Positions 1 through 14,558 are shown, numbered from the stretch's first letter. The stretch is 64,000 bases of DNA from Eledone cirrhosa (GCA_964016885.1 OZ024743.1:60450001-60514000); one strand, 5' to 3'. Translations and numbers: made by a program. Notes: generated by a model not told the origin, from the letters alone.

Positions 1-1040
1 ACCGAGGGATAGCGCTTGGAAACTGGAATGTCTCCAGGCGCTTACTGCCCTCTCCCAGTCGGGCACCAGTATCGGTGGAACATCCACCTCGGCGTTCTAT
101 AGAGGACTAGTGGAGGGGAAGAGCGACGACGTTCTCGGAGAGATCCTGGGCGTCGAAGAAGATCAGCTGCTTGCTCTCTTCCGGAGAACTTTCAGCCCGG
201 GGCCTATGGATAACTTCCAAAAATCCCTGGCCTGGCAGTGCTACCGGGGAGCACTGCCGGTTCGAGATAAGCTCTACAGGCACGGAAGTGCCGTCAGCCG
301 ATCCTGTCCGAGATGCGCGCATAGCGACGAAACCGTTGTGCACGCACTCGTTCAGTGCCCGAGCATTGCTGACTTGTGGAGCTATGTCGAACAGTTGCTG
401 TCACGTGTGGGACTGATCCGGTTGTCGACTGAGTCCATTGTGCAGATGGTCTCGCGGTCTTCCTTTGAGGAGGAAGGGCAGGCGGTTTTCATCTGCCTGG
501 TGGTCATGGCGAAAGAGATTGTGTAGTGGACAAGGTTAAAAGGATTAAAGACAAACACTTCCCTCTTCGGCGAATCCCTGATTAACTTTTTCAAGTTTCA
601 CTTGAAGAGGAAAATCAGGGTGGAGAGGCAAGTGGTGCTTTCTAGCAAGTTTGTTGAAAGGTGGGTGAATGTAGCGAGAATGGTCCGAGTGAATGGGACC
701 ACTCTGAATATACGTCTGTTATTGAGAGATGGAAAAATTGAGAGAGGGCGCTTGCCCTGGTAGTCAGGATGGCCGTGGTCTTTTGTGTGGTTTTCGCCAC
801 GAGTAACCCTCGGAGGTTTCCCCCCTATTGGGGAATTTTTCATTGTTTCAATTTTCATTTTATTGTTTATATATATATATATGTTTTACGTCTTTTTTCT
901 TTTCTTATATAAACAATAAAAATATTTACACGCACAAAACCCACATCGTACCGTCCTGTTCCGTCTGTGATGTTTTTCTTGATATCGGCCCTTGTGGCCA
1001 ATAAAGAAATCATTATTATTATTATTATTAATATTATTAT

Positions 1041-1047
<7 letters not shown>
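1..1047 (+). mobile_element. 3' end of an L1/Tx1-type non-LTR retrotransposon (zf-RVT region, 3' UTR, (TTA)n tail)
   Basis: ORF 110-526 reads LAWQCYRGALPVRDKL...CPRC...ETVVHALVQC...LW, the zf-RVT motif of L1/Tx1 ORF2. The frame continues past a stop at 526. The element ends GCCAATAAAGAAATC-(ATT)n at ~1000-1047. Confidence 0.8.
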
Positions 1048-1086
<39 letters not shown>

Positions 1087-1241
1087 CATATTAATTTACC
1101 AATGAAAATAATGACAACAAAGTCAAGTTATTTTACCTATTCATTTACGATCGTTTCGGAGGGTTGATCATATTGTTTACATTGAGTTTTATCTACGGTA
1201 CGGACGAAGGGTAGACCACGAAGGATAGACCACATTGAAAA

Positions 1242-1518
<277 letters not shown>

Positions 1519-2058
1519 GTATACTAGGGAGAGGATCAGGGGTGTATAACACTCCACTTATCCAGCAGGCAGTATAAGGTTACAACCAGTGGGAGCCGTA
1601 TAGTATACTAGGGAGAGGATCAGGGGTGTATAACACTGTATTTACCTACTCTTACCTAATCCTATCTTATCTACTCTTGTCTGTTCTCTTATCCATGTGT
1701 ATGCTTGTATGTAACTATATGTTGACAGCACCCCGCCCAACTGTGACTGATAGCACCCCTTATTTTTCATTGCTTATTTTTCATTGTTTATTATCTTATT
1801 TTTATTTTTATTTTTATTTTTATTTTTATTTTTATTTTTATTTTTATTTTTATTTTTATTTTTATTCTTATCTTTATTTTTACTTCCTTAATATCCTTTA
1901 TCGTCTATTATTATTTTTCATTCTTCAATGTCTTGGATTTGTTATTGCTTGTATGGTATGTAATTAACCTTTATGCTCTGATGAGTCCCACTTATAGTGC
2001 GGATGAAACAATGTTAGCAAGTAAAGATATGCATATGCTATAGGCGTTCTTTGTTATT

Positions 2059-2060
<2 letters not shown>
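1519..2060 (+). mobile_element. Penelope-like element 3' terminal fragment with HHR
   Basis: 35-bp direct repeat at 1519 and 1604, a (TTTTTA)n run, an HHR at 1974-2019, then an AT-rich tail. Flanked by (TA)n on both sides. Confidence 0.55.
1974..2019 (+). ncRNA. minimal type I hammerhead ribozyme motif
   Basis: TGCT-CTGATGA-GTCC(CACTTATAGTGC)GGAT-GAAA-CAATG-TT-AGCA: both core boxes, stem I TGCT/AGCA, stem II and a short stem III are present. Confidence 0.75.
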
Positions 2061-2141
<81 letters not shown>

Positions 2142-2148
2142 CACATAT

Positions 2149-3990
<1,842 letters not shown>

Positions 3991-4023
3991 TATGTATATA
4001 TATATACATATATATATAGATAG

Positions 4024-4108
<85 letters not shown>

Positions 4109-4134
4109 GATTGGTGCTCTGAAATAGCGATGTA

Positions 4135-4412
4135 TATGTGAATGTAAGTATAGTATATTTGGAAATATACCGTATGTTTAATTAAAAATCATTTAGAAGA
4201 CCTTACGCTATTAGTTTTAAAGTAGTGACTACGTCAATTACTTCTTTTCGGCGAAAGAACGGAGAGTATCTTACAATCTGTTTCACGGTGGTTGGCGTTC
4301 ATTTCGCCGAAAAGAAGTAGGTGACATAGTCACTACTTTAAAATTGCTAGCGTATGGTGTTCTAAATGTTTTTAATTAAACATACTGCAAATATACCATA
4401 TATACATTCATA
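4135..4412. repeat. fold-back (inverted repeat) cassette, probably derived from a PLE terminal repeat
   Basis: Imperfect arms at ~4140-4260 and ~4297-4410. The spacer carries GTGAAACAGATTGTA on the minus strand (3' half of an HHR). Confidence 0.7.
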
Positions 4413-4943
4413 TATATATATATAAAAACAGAGAGAGAATGAGAGAGATTAAAGTTGTTATATCTGTATAGATACAGAGTGTGATTTCGAGACTGCACCA
4501 AACTGTATAAATATATACACATATCTAAAATGTAAGCACGTAAATATGCCAGAAAATACAAATTTCCATGTAAATTGTAACAATATCTATAATTTTTGCA
4601 TCGTGCCGGAACCTCATCGGAAGCCCTGTATATCATCCGATCCACCACAAGGAATCCTGTATTTGTTGGTACGTATATACCCATTCACTGTCAATATCAT
4701 TTTTAAATGGAGATACTAATTTGTATATAATTATCTATATTTATACACGTTGAAGCAGTTTCGGTTACACATTCTGAATTAAACAGATTTAACTTTATCA
4801 TACACTTCGGCTGCTAGCATACTTCTTATATATATATATATATATGCTGAATAGGACCCGTCCAACCATTGTAAGCAGGGTAAAGCGGACGTAAAATGGT
4901 GATGGTGATGATGATGATGATATATATATATATATATATATAT

Positions 4944-5622
4944 ATGAAAAATATTGGGGAGAAGAATACTGCAGGTTGCACATGGATAACATGTTATAAA
5001 ATGAGTCCCTCATCAGTGATTTACCAAGGATCATGGGTATTTCATCGCATTAAAAATCATATACCTCACGTTGGAGCGATAATAACTAAAATAAGTTATT
5101 AGGACAATAGAAACGCGTAAAGCGAGTGAGACAAGTAAACAACACAGGGGAAAGCTAACCGAAGATGGAAATAAACACAAGCAACATGGTTATTCTTTCA
5201 GCGTAAGCTGTGTGAATATATGCGCGAGTTAGAAACAGACCTTTCACTAGTGAATCCGATGTTAGAAAGAAGGAAGGAAAATCGTTTTCAAAGCGAACGG
5301 GTGGAAGTAAGAAGGGGAGAAACAGGGACTGAGTGAGTGGGAGTGCGAGGAAGAGGTCAGTAGAGAGAAAGTGTTAACTGACATTGCAGAGGGGACGAAA
5401 GAAAGTAAGAGAAACAGAGAGAACGAGGGAGCAGTAAGAGAGAAAGAGAGAAAAAAACGGAATCGCAGATTGGGTAAATATATGAAAAATATTGGGCAGA
5501 AGAATACTGCAGGTTGCACATGGATAACATGTTATAAATGAGTCCCCTCATCAGTGATTTACCAACGATCATGGGTATTTCATCGCATTAAAAATCATAT
5601 ACCTCACGTTGGAGCGATAATA
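4944..5622 (-). mobile_element. non-coding element bounded by ~140-bp direct repeats (PLE pseudo-LTR-like)
   Basis: 4944-5085 is nearly identical to 5482-5622. Each repeat has CTGATGAGGG on the minus strand but no intact GAAA box. Confidence 0.55.
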
Positions 5623-6153
5623 AATGCGTGTGTGTATGTGTGTGTGTAGTAAGTGTTTTAGATCGGTTTCCAGTGATCTCGATCTCGTTGTTTACAGTTT
5701 GCTCAACAAATTCATTGGTTTAATTGTCAATCCCATCCAGAAGTCTAAACTATGAGACACTGTGGTTATTGTATCCACAGATTAACATATGAAAACGTAT
5801 GATTAACACATGAACACGCCATCTGTAACAGCCAGTAACTCCTAGTTTAGCACACAAAAAATATCCTCTGGAGTATAGAAATCCACGCCTAAGCTGGTAC
5901 AGTAATGGTTCGAATTCCGTGGAGAATCCACTGTCATCGATTAATAATAAATCCATAACCTTCAAATTTCGGACAATGGAATCATCATCGATCAACAGTC
6001 CTGTAATGGATTTCTGAGAATCGACTAAATTTTCAAGTCAGTGCCCGTATCCCGCATTTGGCATTAATGCTTAATTTAGCAGCACAACGTCACCGATATG
6101 AAGCACTCGACCATAATTACAGAAACATTTTGTGAGTTAATAATAATAATAAT

Positions 6154-6270
<117 letters not shown>

Positions 6271-6339
6271 TACACACGCATGCACACATTCATATATAAA
6301 TATGTGTGTATGCATGTATGTATTATATATATATATAAT

Positions 6340-7004
6340 TATTTATCACAAGCTTATGGGTGTGTCACTCTATCGAGAAGTAGGGTTTTTCAGTGGCACA
6401 ACGCTTTCAACGACGACAGAGTAAAGGTTGAAGGCGAACCTCATTCTGAATAGGCAATATCGTCAACAAATGAACAAATGTGTGTGTGGTGCATGCGTTG
6501 AGGATGAAAGATCGCCGAGGGGTTGGAAAAAATGCAGTTAATAGACTTTTAACAGACCATTTACACAGGCAAAAAATGCGTGCAACATTAGTGTCAAACA
6601 TTTGTCTGTGGAGCAAAAAGTGAACCGGTTAGCTTTTTGTCAGAATTTACTAGAAAGCGTCGAAATTGATCCAGATTTAACAGGATATGATCATTTGTGA
6701 ATGAGTAACATCCAGAGGTAAAATAAAGATTAAACGCACACGAAAAATTATCCTCGTCCGAAGAAAGGCGCAATGCAGATCCCTGATGGAAATGATGATT
6801 ATCATTTGTTTCGACAGCCACGGTATTGTTCAGAAATAATTTTTTACCTCAATAACAGACATTTAATCGGACCTTTTGCAAAGATGTCTTGGAACGACTT
6901 CGAAAACAGGTTCAGCAAGTCCGAAATAACATTGCGGAGATTGAGTATTGCACTATGATGAAGTGCCTGCTCTCACATCACTTTCTGGTTAACAATTTCT
7001 GGTG
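6340..7004 (+). mobile_element. decayed mariner (Tc1/mariner) transposase, cut by the assembly gap
   Basis: [32 protein letters not shown] matches the mariner HTH region, and LHYDEVPALTSL resembles the LHHDNAPAH motif. Many stops and frameshifts. Confidence 0.8.
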
Positions 7005-7204
7005 NNNNNNNNNNNNNNNNNNNNNNNNNNNNNNNNNNNNNNNNNNNNNNNNNNNNNNNNNNNNNNNNNNNNNNNNNNNNNNNNNNNNNNNNNNNNNNNN
7101 NNNNNNNNNNNNNNNNNNNNNNNNNNNNNNNNNNNNNNNNNNNNNNNNNNNNNNNNNNNNNNNNNNNNNNNNNNNNNNNNNNNNNNNNNNNNNNNNNNNN
7201 NNNN
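7005..7204. other. assembly gap (200 N)
   Basis: Run of N. Confidence 1.
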
Positions 7205-7258
7205 CTCTGGGACCATCAACACCATAAACACAGAGATGGCATATCTAAGAACTGACTG

Positions 7259-7314
7259 ACTACCTGATGAGGTCATAGCCATTCAATGGCTATCATCGAA
7301 ATATATATAGCAGT
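7259..7314 (+). ncRNA. type I hammerhead ribozyme motif at a PLE 3' end
   Basis: ACTAC-CTGATGA-GGTcATAGCCAT(TCA)ATGGCTATcATC-GAAA-TATATA-TA-GCAGT, with one stem I mismatch. Preceded by a GTINTIN-like remnant of a PLE C-terminus. Confidence 0.7.
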
Positions 7315-7409
7315 AAATAAAGGATTATGAGTTCATGCAATTGACTTATGTTTCGTCACTATATATATAGTGACGAAACATAAGTTTATACGTGTGTGTA
7401 TATATATAT

Positions 7410-8483
7410 ATAGAATTAGTATATCTACCGACATATGTATACAGATGTATACTCATGCTAGCAAATATATATGTTATGTCTTAGTACCTTTGTGGTTCTA
7501 TGCAGGGGGATGCAGAACAATTATATGAAAGACGTAAAATAAGAAAATTTTAAAAATTAACTTACTTACTAAAATTTTCACTCCAACTAATTAGTTTCTG
7601 TAAGGGGATAAATATAGTTACGTAAGATAACTATAGAGAATACCTTACGTCATCGGGGAGTCTATTCTCAGCTAAGTTCCCAGGCAATGCGCGGACACTA
7701 GGAACACATATAAAAATAATAATAATAATAATAATAATAATTCAGTGGATGGAACAAAGCTAGCGGGGACTAAATTCCAAAGCACTGAAAAAATTACTGC
7801 CTCTTTGGTCAGTGGCAGATTCTAAAGGATCAATCACGTGTCACTGAGGTTAATCAGTGAGGAGTGGGGTAGTATTATGACAATAGCCTACTACTACCAT
7901 GAATCACAGCAGTAAATTTTGGCAAGTTTTACTCAACAAATAGTTTGGGGATAATATAGAGAATTAGTATATCTACCAACATATGTATACAGATGTATAC
8001 TCATGCTAGCAAATATATATGTTATGTCTTAGTACCTTTGTGGTTCTATGCAGGGGGATGCAGAACAATTATATGAAAGACGTAAAATAAGAAAATTTTA
8101 AAAATTAAAAATTAACTTACTTACTAAAATTTTCACTCCAACTAATTAGTTCTGTAAGGGGATAAATATAGTTACGTAAGATAACTATAGATAATACCTT
8201 ACGTCATCAGGAAGTCTATTCTCAGCTAAGTTCCCAGGCAATGCGCGGACACTAGGAACCCATATAAAATTATTATTATTATTTTTTTTTATATGGGTTC
8301 CTAGTGTCCGCGCATTGCCTGGAACTTAGCTGAGAATAGACTCCTGATGACGTAAGGTATTCTCTATAGTTATCTTACGTAAACTATATTTATCCCCTTA
8401 CAGAAACTAATTAGTTGGGAGTGAAAATTTTAGTAAGTAAAGTTAATTTTTAATTTTTAAAATTTACTTATTTTACGTCTTTC

Positions 8484-8487
<4 letters not shown>
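7410..8487 (-). mobile_element. non-autonomous PLE/retrozyme-like cassette: two tandem units plus an inverted terminal copy, three HHR copies
   Basis: 7412-7712 matches 7960-8268 (direct) and 8290-8487 is inverted. HHRs at 7580-7661(-), 8135-8215(-) and 8340-8422(+). No ORF. Confidence 0.75.
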
Positions 8488-8523
<36 letters not shown>

Positions 8524-9419
8524 GTATAAACACATATATATGTATAAACAAGTTTAAATGAGTCGATAACCTTTCTTCACTGCCCTATCATCACGCAGTG
8601 TTTGGCTTCTTTGCGTTCGTACCTTGTGTATATGTATATATTCATTTACCGCATCAGATTACATACACACACATTAAACATACGTATATGTGTTTAGCTA
8701 TCTTCTCGTATCTGAAACCTATAGCCATGGGTCTTTTTGCAATTTTCAGCAGCAAATGGTTTACAAGCCTTGCAAACTTTCAGTTACACATATCTCTTCA
8801 TTTGTAACTTAAACCTACAATTGCAAACCTTTTGCAGCATATACAACCATATAAAATCAAAGAACATTCATTTTAATATAGAGTGTGTTTGTGTGCGCGT
8901 ATGTGTGTGTATGTGTGTGTGTAAACCTCTCTCATGTTTCTATTTTCTGCTTCTTTTCTCATTCTTTTTCTTCAGCCTCCTTAACTTCACTCTTTTCTAT
9001 TCCTCTGTCCTAATTTCACAATTTCTGATGAAGGACGAACGTCCATACTTGGAACATTTCTTTTGCTTCTCCTACAAGCATTAAATTAATAATACTTTGT
9101 GTAATTGTGTTACATGATTGAATTATTTGTTAACCTCTAAATATGTGCATGTATATATATATATGTGTGTGCGTGCGTGTATGTGTGTGTACGTGTGAAA
9201 GTGGACTAATGTGTGAATGTGCTTGTCGACAAATGGAATATATAATAAGAGAAACTTCACAATAAGGAGAATCAGCCCAACACTTGAATCTGTTGATGGA
9301 ACCCTTTCTGCCTTTCTCACCCTTATTCCAGCCTTAAAGAATTAGCTTCCCTTTTCTTTAAACCATTGAACCCCACCCATCCTGTAGACACCTGTCATAC
9401 AGGCGTTGTTAGTCTAAGT

Positions 9420-10980
9420 CAGGGGTTGGCAACCTTTTGGAGAGAGAGGGCCAAACAGCTATGTAGTGTCATGGAGGAGGGCCATGTTATTAAATATGTA
9501 AATAAATTTTCTGAAGGTTTAAAGCATAACAAGGAATTTAATATAATTTTATTTTAACAAGGCCCCTTATTTTACTGCAGGAATAACAAAAAAAAAGAAA
9601 AAGAAACTACAAACACATTCGGCAAAAAAAAAAGCAAATTCCTTATTTTACTGCAAGAATAACAGAAAAACAACTACTATCACAATCAACAAAGAAAAAA
9701 GCAAATTCCTTGCTACAAACGAAATACGGTTAGAAATGGTAAATGATTTAATGAGACACTTGTTTCTGCTTATTGTGCGATAACTTCTCCACATCAGGTG
9801 AAATATTTGTCGATGACAGGAGCAAAACATCATCCAGGTGGTCGTCACGCAACCTTTTTCTTAAATGACTTTTAGTATATTTCATTTTGGAAAATAAATA
9901 ATGATATCATCAGTTTCGCATTAGTCAAGATGTTTTTATATTTTCTGCTTGGCAATATATATTTCTTGTAGAAGTCAGCAGTGGATTCGAACTGAAATTT
10001 CGATTTCAAAGATTCGTCGCACTGTAAATCAATTAACTCCAACTGATATTCTTCTTAAAAGTTCGGCACTCCAAATCGACTTTGCTTTTCTTAGCTTCCA
10101 CGGCTTGTTTTTGTTCAAACAAAAAAGATTTATGGAAAGGAAAAAGAACAAAAAGTATAATAATCAGAATGAAGAAATACGAAACAATGAAAACAAATGT
10201 AAATTCAAATATAGTAATGCGATAAAATATGATAATTGGTTAAAAATAATATAAAACCAGGTTTCTAACGACGTTGTTAGATCAGGATTGCCATTTGTAT
10301 TTTTAAACCACTTTTGTCCTAATTCTAATAATAATAATTCACACAATTTATCACATAATTAAATAAACGTTATTATAGAATAAAGATACCTACTGTATAG
10401 TTGTTATACCACCAGACAACAAATTCAAATGAAAATACTCTAGGGAGGAGGGAACGAAGTAATTTTTCCAAGGACAGCTTTACCTTGTGCCGGGGGGGGG
10501 GGGTCACAGGTAAGGTCAGGCAAACGAAGACGACAGTAATTCACGAGTGATTTTATTGAATGACAATATGGGTATAAAAGCGAGTCATGCGAACCGTAAG
10601 GTATTATACTTTCCAGTCGCTGACGAACATGTATACTTCCAGCCAACATTTGTGTTTGTTGACTGGAACAAAAAAACTGACATGAAATCACAGGAAATAA
10701 TAATACAGGTGATATAATGGTTGGCGGAAAGCCCAGAAAAAGATGGATAAGAGGAAATAATAATAAATGGAAAATATAATAAGGTTACAAAGGTACCTAT
10801 AAATATATACGGTATGAGCAACGATTTGTGATAGGCATCATGTCGGCACAACCTTGAAGTGAACTACTGTATCTGTTTTCGATACTAATTAGATAATTAG
10901 TGTCCAGTGTAAGATGGCGGACTGGACAAGGATCACTCGAGGGCCGGATGTGACCGCGGGCCGGGGGTTGCCGACCCCTG
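9420..10980 (-). mobile_element. non-autonomous hAT (Charlie/SPIN-like) transposon, internally deleted
   Basis: TIRs CAGGGGTTGGCAACC and GGTTGCCGACCCCTG; 8-bp TSD GTCTAAGT/GCCTAAGT. Minus-strand remnant EAKKSKVDLECRTFK...QLELIDLQCD...FSKMKYTKSHLRKRLRDDHL...KQKQVSH* at ~9747-10100. Confidence 0.9.
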
Positions 10981-11194
10981 GCCTAAGTGATAAACTAGGA
11001 TTGGTATTCCAAATATGATTTGGTTTACAGTATTCTTCCTGCCTTTGTTATAACTATGGCTTTAAAGAATTAGCTTTAAATGAACTCCCTTTTCTTTAAA
11101 TCCTTTAACCAATGACCTCCACCCATCCTAATCCCCACCCTCTCCTACCACCAGAAAAGAAAAGATATAAATACCACTACTTACTTGGACAGCC

Positions 11195-11245
11195 AGCTCC
11201 ATGATGATTTCTCACGAATGAAACAGTTCTAGTCCTGTAGAAGCT
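11195..11245 (+). ncRNA. degenerate type I hammerhead motif
   Basis: AGCTC-CaTGATGA-TTTCTCACGAAT-GAAA-CAG..CTG-TA-GAAGCT; the core has an extra or altered base. Confidence 0.45.
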
Positions 11246-12084
11246 CTTCTATATTAAAACTATATATATATATAGTTAGGGAAACAGAATATTGCTTATT
11301 GTAATCCAGTTGGTGGTTAAGAAAGCCAGTTTCATGGACGGTTACAACGTACGGTTAGGGGTAACTCCACAAGTTTGTAAGAATTCCGTTCAATCTTGGA
11401 GTATAAAGTATAAAAGAGAAAACACAGGTAAGCATTAAAAAAAAGATTTTATATATATATATATATATAGTAATAATAATAAATTTGAAGACTAAAATAC
11501 AAAGAGGGCTCGATAAGGATAAATATATATCAAATATATAAGAACCGTAGAGCAAATATTTATTGAAATAACAGATTAAAGTTTAAGCAAAGAATCGGTG
11601 CTTTCACCCTTTACTTTAATCTGTTATTTTAATAAATATATATATATATTTTATTAAAATAACAGATTTTGAGTCCAGAAATAGCCGTCGAAACGGCTTG
11701 AGCTCTGCCGTCATATTTGTTCCTATATATATATATATATATATATATTATATCCTATATATATAATATAACGAAGGAGTTGTGGTAAGGAACGAAATAG
11801 CCGACGAAACGGCTTGAACTCTACCGTCGGGGTCATACATTTTCCCATATGTATATATATATATATAGATATGTATAAGGGATAACAAAATATCGTTATA
11901 GGTAATCCAGTTAGAGGTTATGAATCATCTCTGATTATCTGGTTAAGCTAACAACGTATTTAAAATTGAGTGGCACTGCTTCAAGTGTTCACCAATTTTT
12001 AGACAACTTAATCAGTGAAACAATTGTCAGACTGTAAATAAAACCCTTTTTTGTACTGTTGACCTTGTTATTCTTCACTTTTTC

Positions 12085-12131
<47 letters not shown>

Positions 12132-12487
12132 ATATAGTGTAGCTATTACGGTGAAGTACTAGTGTTGGTACCAAATCCAACACACTATGCACAGGCAATG
12201 TCTATACTGACACGATAAACTACCACCGGGTCGTCCAAGCGTGACACACCCCACAAACCTCTGCTTCCTGTTTACACCAATGCAAGGCTTCGACTGACAA
12301 ATACACATTCCAAAACGCGCCCGCATGCGTGTGCACACACACACACACACACACGAATCCTTAATTGCTCACGCACCCACGCAAATACACAGATGAACGC
12401 CGATGAACATACACCACGTTGCCCCCCCACAAATTACACCAAAATATACACATACGCCCACGCACACAGAAACATAGGGCCGATACC

Positions 12488-12552
<65 letters not shown>

Positions 12553-12596
12553 TCGGTCCACAAACCACAACAAAAATGTATCTTTTGTCGCATCAT

Positions 12597-12684
12597 CATT
12601 CTGAGGAGCAGATCAATACCGGAATCGGGTCGATAATTCATAGGAGTTACGTTGGGCCAATCCTCTGCGGAACGCGCGTAACAG
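12597..12684 (+). ncRNA. degenerate type I hammerhead motif with long stem II
   Basis: CTGAGGA-GCAGA...TCTGC-GGAA-CGCGCG-TA. GAAA is changed to GGAA and stem I is poor. Followed by AATAAA and an AT-rich tail. Confidence 0.45.
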
Positions 12685-12760
12685 GTCGATACGCAATAAA
12701 TATTTTTTATATGTAAACAAAACTTCTTCGTATTCTCTATTATATATATATATGATAGAG

Positions 12761-12819
<59 letters not shown>

Positions 12820-12948
12820 TATATATATATTAAAATAACAGATTTGTTATTTTAATAAATATTTGCTCTACGGTTCTTATATATTTGATGTATATTTATC
12901 CTTATCGAACTCTCTTTGGATTTTAGTCTTCAAATTTATTATTATTAC

Positions 12949-13086
<138 letters not shown>

Positions 13087-13556
13087 CAAAACATCAGTGA
13101 TGCATCACTCTTTTTTCATTTTCGTTTTCCATTCTATAATACTCTGCTCCGTAGGAGCATAGAGTGCTCAACCGGCATACCGCCTATGGAAGCATATAAG
13201 CTGCCATTAGACATATATATATATAGTGAAAACTTGGTGGACGGGAACAAAAACAGAGAGGCAGACAAATGAAGGTTTATTAGGTTCACGCTCTAAGTAT
13301 ATATATACCATTCTACACCAATACATAATATTATCATTTGATAATGCATAAAAATGCTGAAACCGGTAATAGACAATTGTCAAATATATAAATAAATAAA
13401 TAAATAAATGCCATTGTTAATTAATAAATACATTAACACTTCACACAAAGTAAAATATTTCGTTTTAACATTTTCTAACCAGAAAAAAAAGAGAGAAAAC
13501 AATAAAAAGGAAAACAAATATATTTTTCTTCCTAATAATCATCTTTTTCTCCCTGT

Positions 13557-13606
<50 letters not shown>

Positions 13607-13640
13607 TATATATACTATATTTTTTTTCTCTTTCTTCCAG

Positions 13641-13892
13641 GTCCACGACCTATTTATGGCACTACTGATTGTCTCAATATTCCTGTCCGTCATCTGTGTC
13701 ACACTCATCGTCATCTTGTATAAATTGAGAACATTGACCATTAAAAAACGACCCAATCGCACAGCCAACTATCAAGACACCAAGACTACAGTTACCTACG
13801 GTTCTACAGCCAAGTTAAATGAAGGTTATCAGCCGGAAACTAACAGTGCAGGGGCCGTTCAAAATAACCCGGAGATAGTCACTAAATTTTAG
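13641..13892 (+). CDS. putative last coding exon of a membrane protein (TM helix plus short cytoplasmic tail)
   Basis: Strong acceptor TTTTTTTCTCTTTCTTCCAG at 13621-13640. The phase-0 frame reads VHDLFMALLIVSIFLSVICVTLIVILYKLRTLTIKKR (TM plus basic stop-transfer), then NEGY, and ends ...IVTKF*. Non-repetitive sequence. Confidence 0.7.
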   Translation, partial: VHDLFMALLIVSIFLSVICVTLIVILYKLRTLTIKKRPNRTANYQDTKTTVTYGSTAKLNEGYQPETNSAGAVQNNPEIVTKF

Positions 13893-14044
13893 AAATTTTC
13901 TCAATCTGAGATCACGTTATATTCTCCAGAAGACATTTTCGCCTTAAATGTTTCATAAACGTTCTGTGTTTATACATTTCTTCTTCAGAAATTTTATAAG
14001 TACTTTTTCTATTGGACAACAACCCATGGTCTAGGAAGAGTAGC

Positions 14045-14540
14045 ATTATTGTCCTCTCACCGAATAAGGTTTTTCCATACTGTTCTCAGTTCTCTCCAAT
14101 TTACGTCAAGTGTCAAACTGACACCTGGGGCAAAACTTTTATACACGCATTTTACAATCAATTGTCATAAAAATGATGCACAAGGGCACAAACATCAGTT
14201 GATGCATTTGCAAGGTTTTTACATTGATAATGCCCTTCTCAGGACATGGACAGAGCCAGTCAGCACTATTTTCTGTATCTCTTGCAGAGATGGCTTTCCA
14301 GGTATCCGATCCATCTACTTTTCAGTTCCCTTTTTTATCATTCCAAATGTGCCGACTACCACTGGTAATGTACAGGTCTTAAGATGTCACATTTCCTCAA
14401 TTTCAATTGATAGATCTTTATACTTACTGAGCTTTGATAGATCTTTATACTTGCTGTTACGATCTGATGGAATACTCATGTCAATTAAGAAACATGTTTT
14501 CTCTTTATAGTCCTTCACACTTATATTAGGTCTGTTGGCA
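14045..14540 (-). mobile_element. 3' fragment of an R4/Dong-type LINE (restriction-like endonuclease domain)
   Basis: Minus strand reads ANRPNISVKDYKEKTCFLIDMSIPSDRN..KLSKYKDLSIEIEEM*HLKTCTLPVVVGTFG...EIQKIVLTGSVHVLRRALSM*. Next to TAA-rich sequence. Confidence 0.85.
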
Positions 14541-14558
14541 TTAATTGTTATTATTATT

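Noticed and set aside
6889-7282. ORFs spanning the N run
   Set aside because: Artefacts of the assembly gap; sequences on either side belong to different elements.
9024-9060. CTGATGAAGGACGAACGTCC as a hammerhead
   Set aside because: Stem II is present but the GAAA box and stem III are missing; at most a dead remnant.
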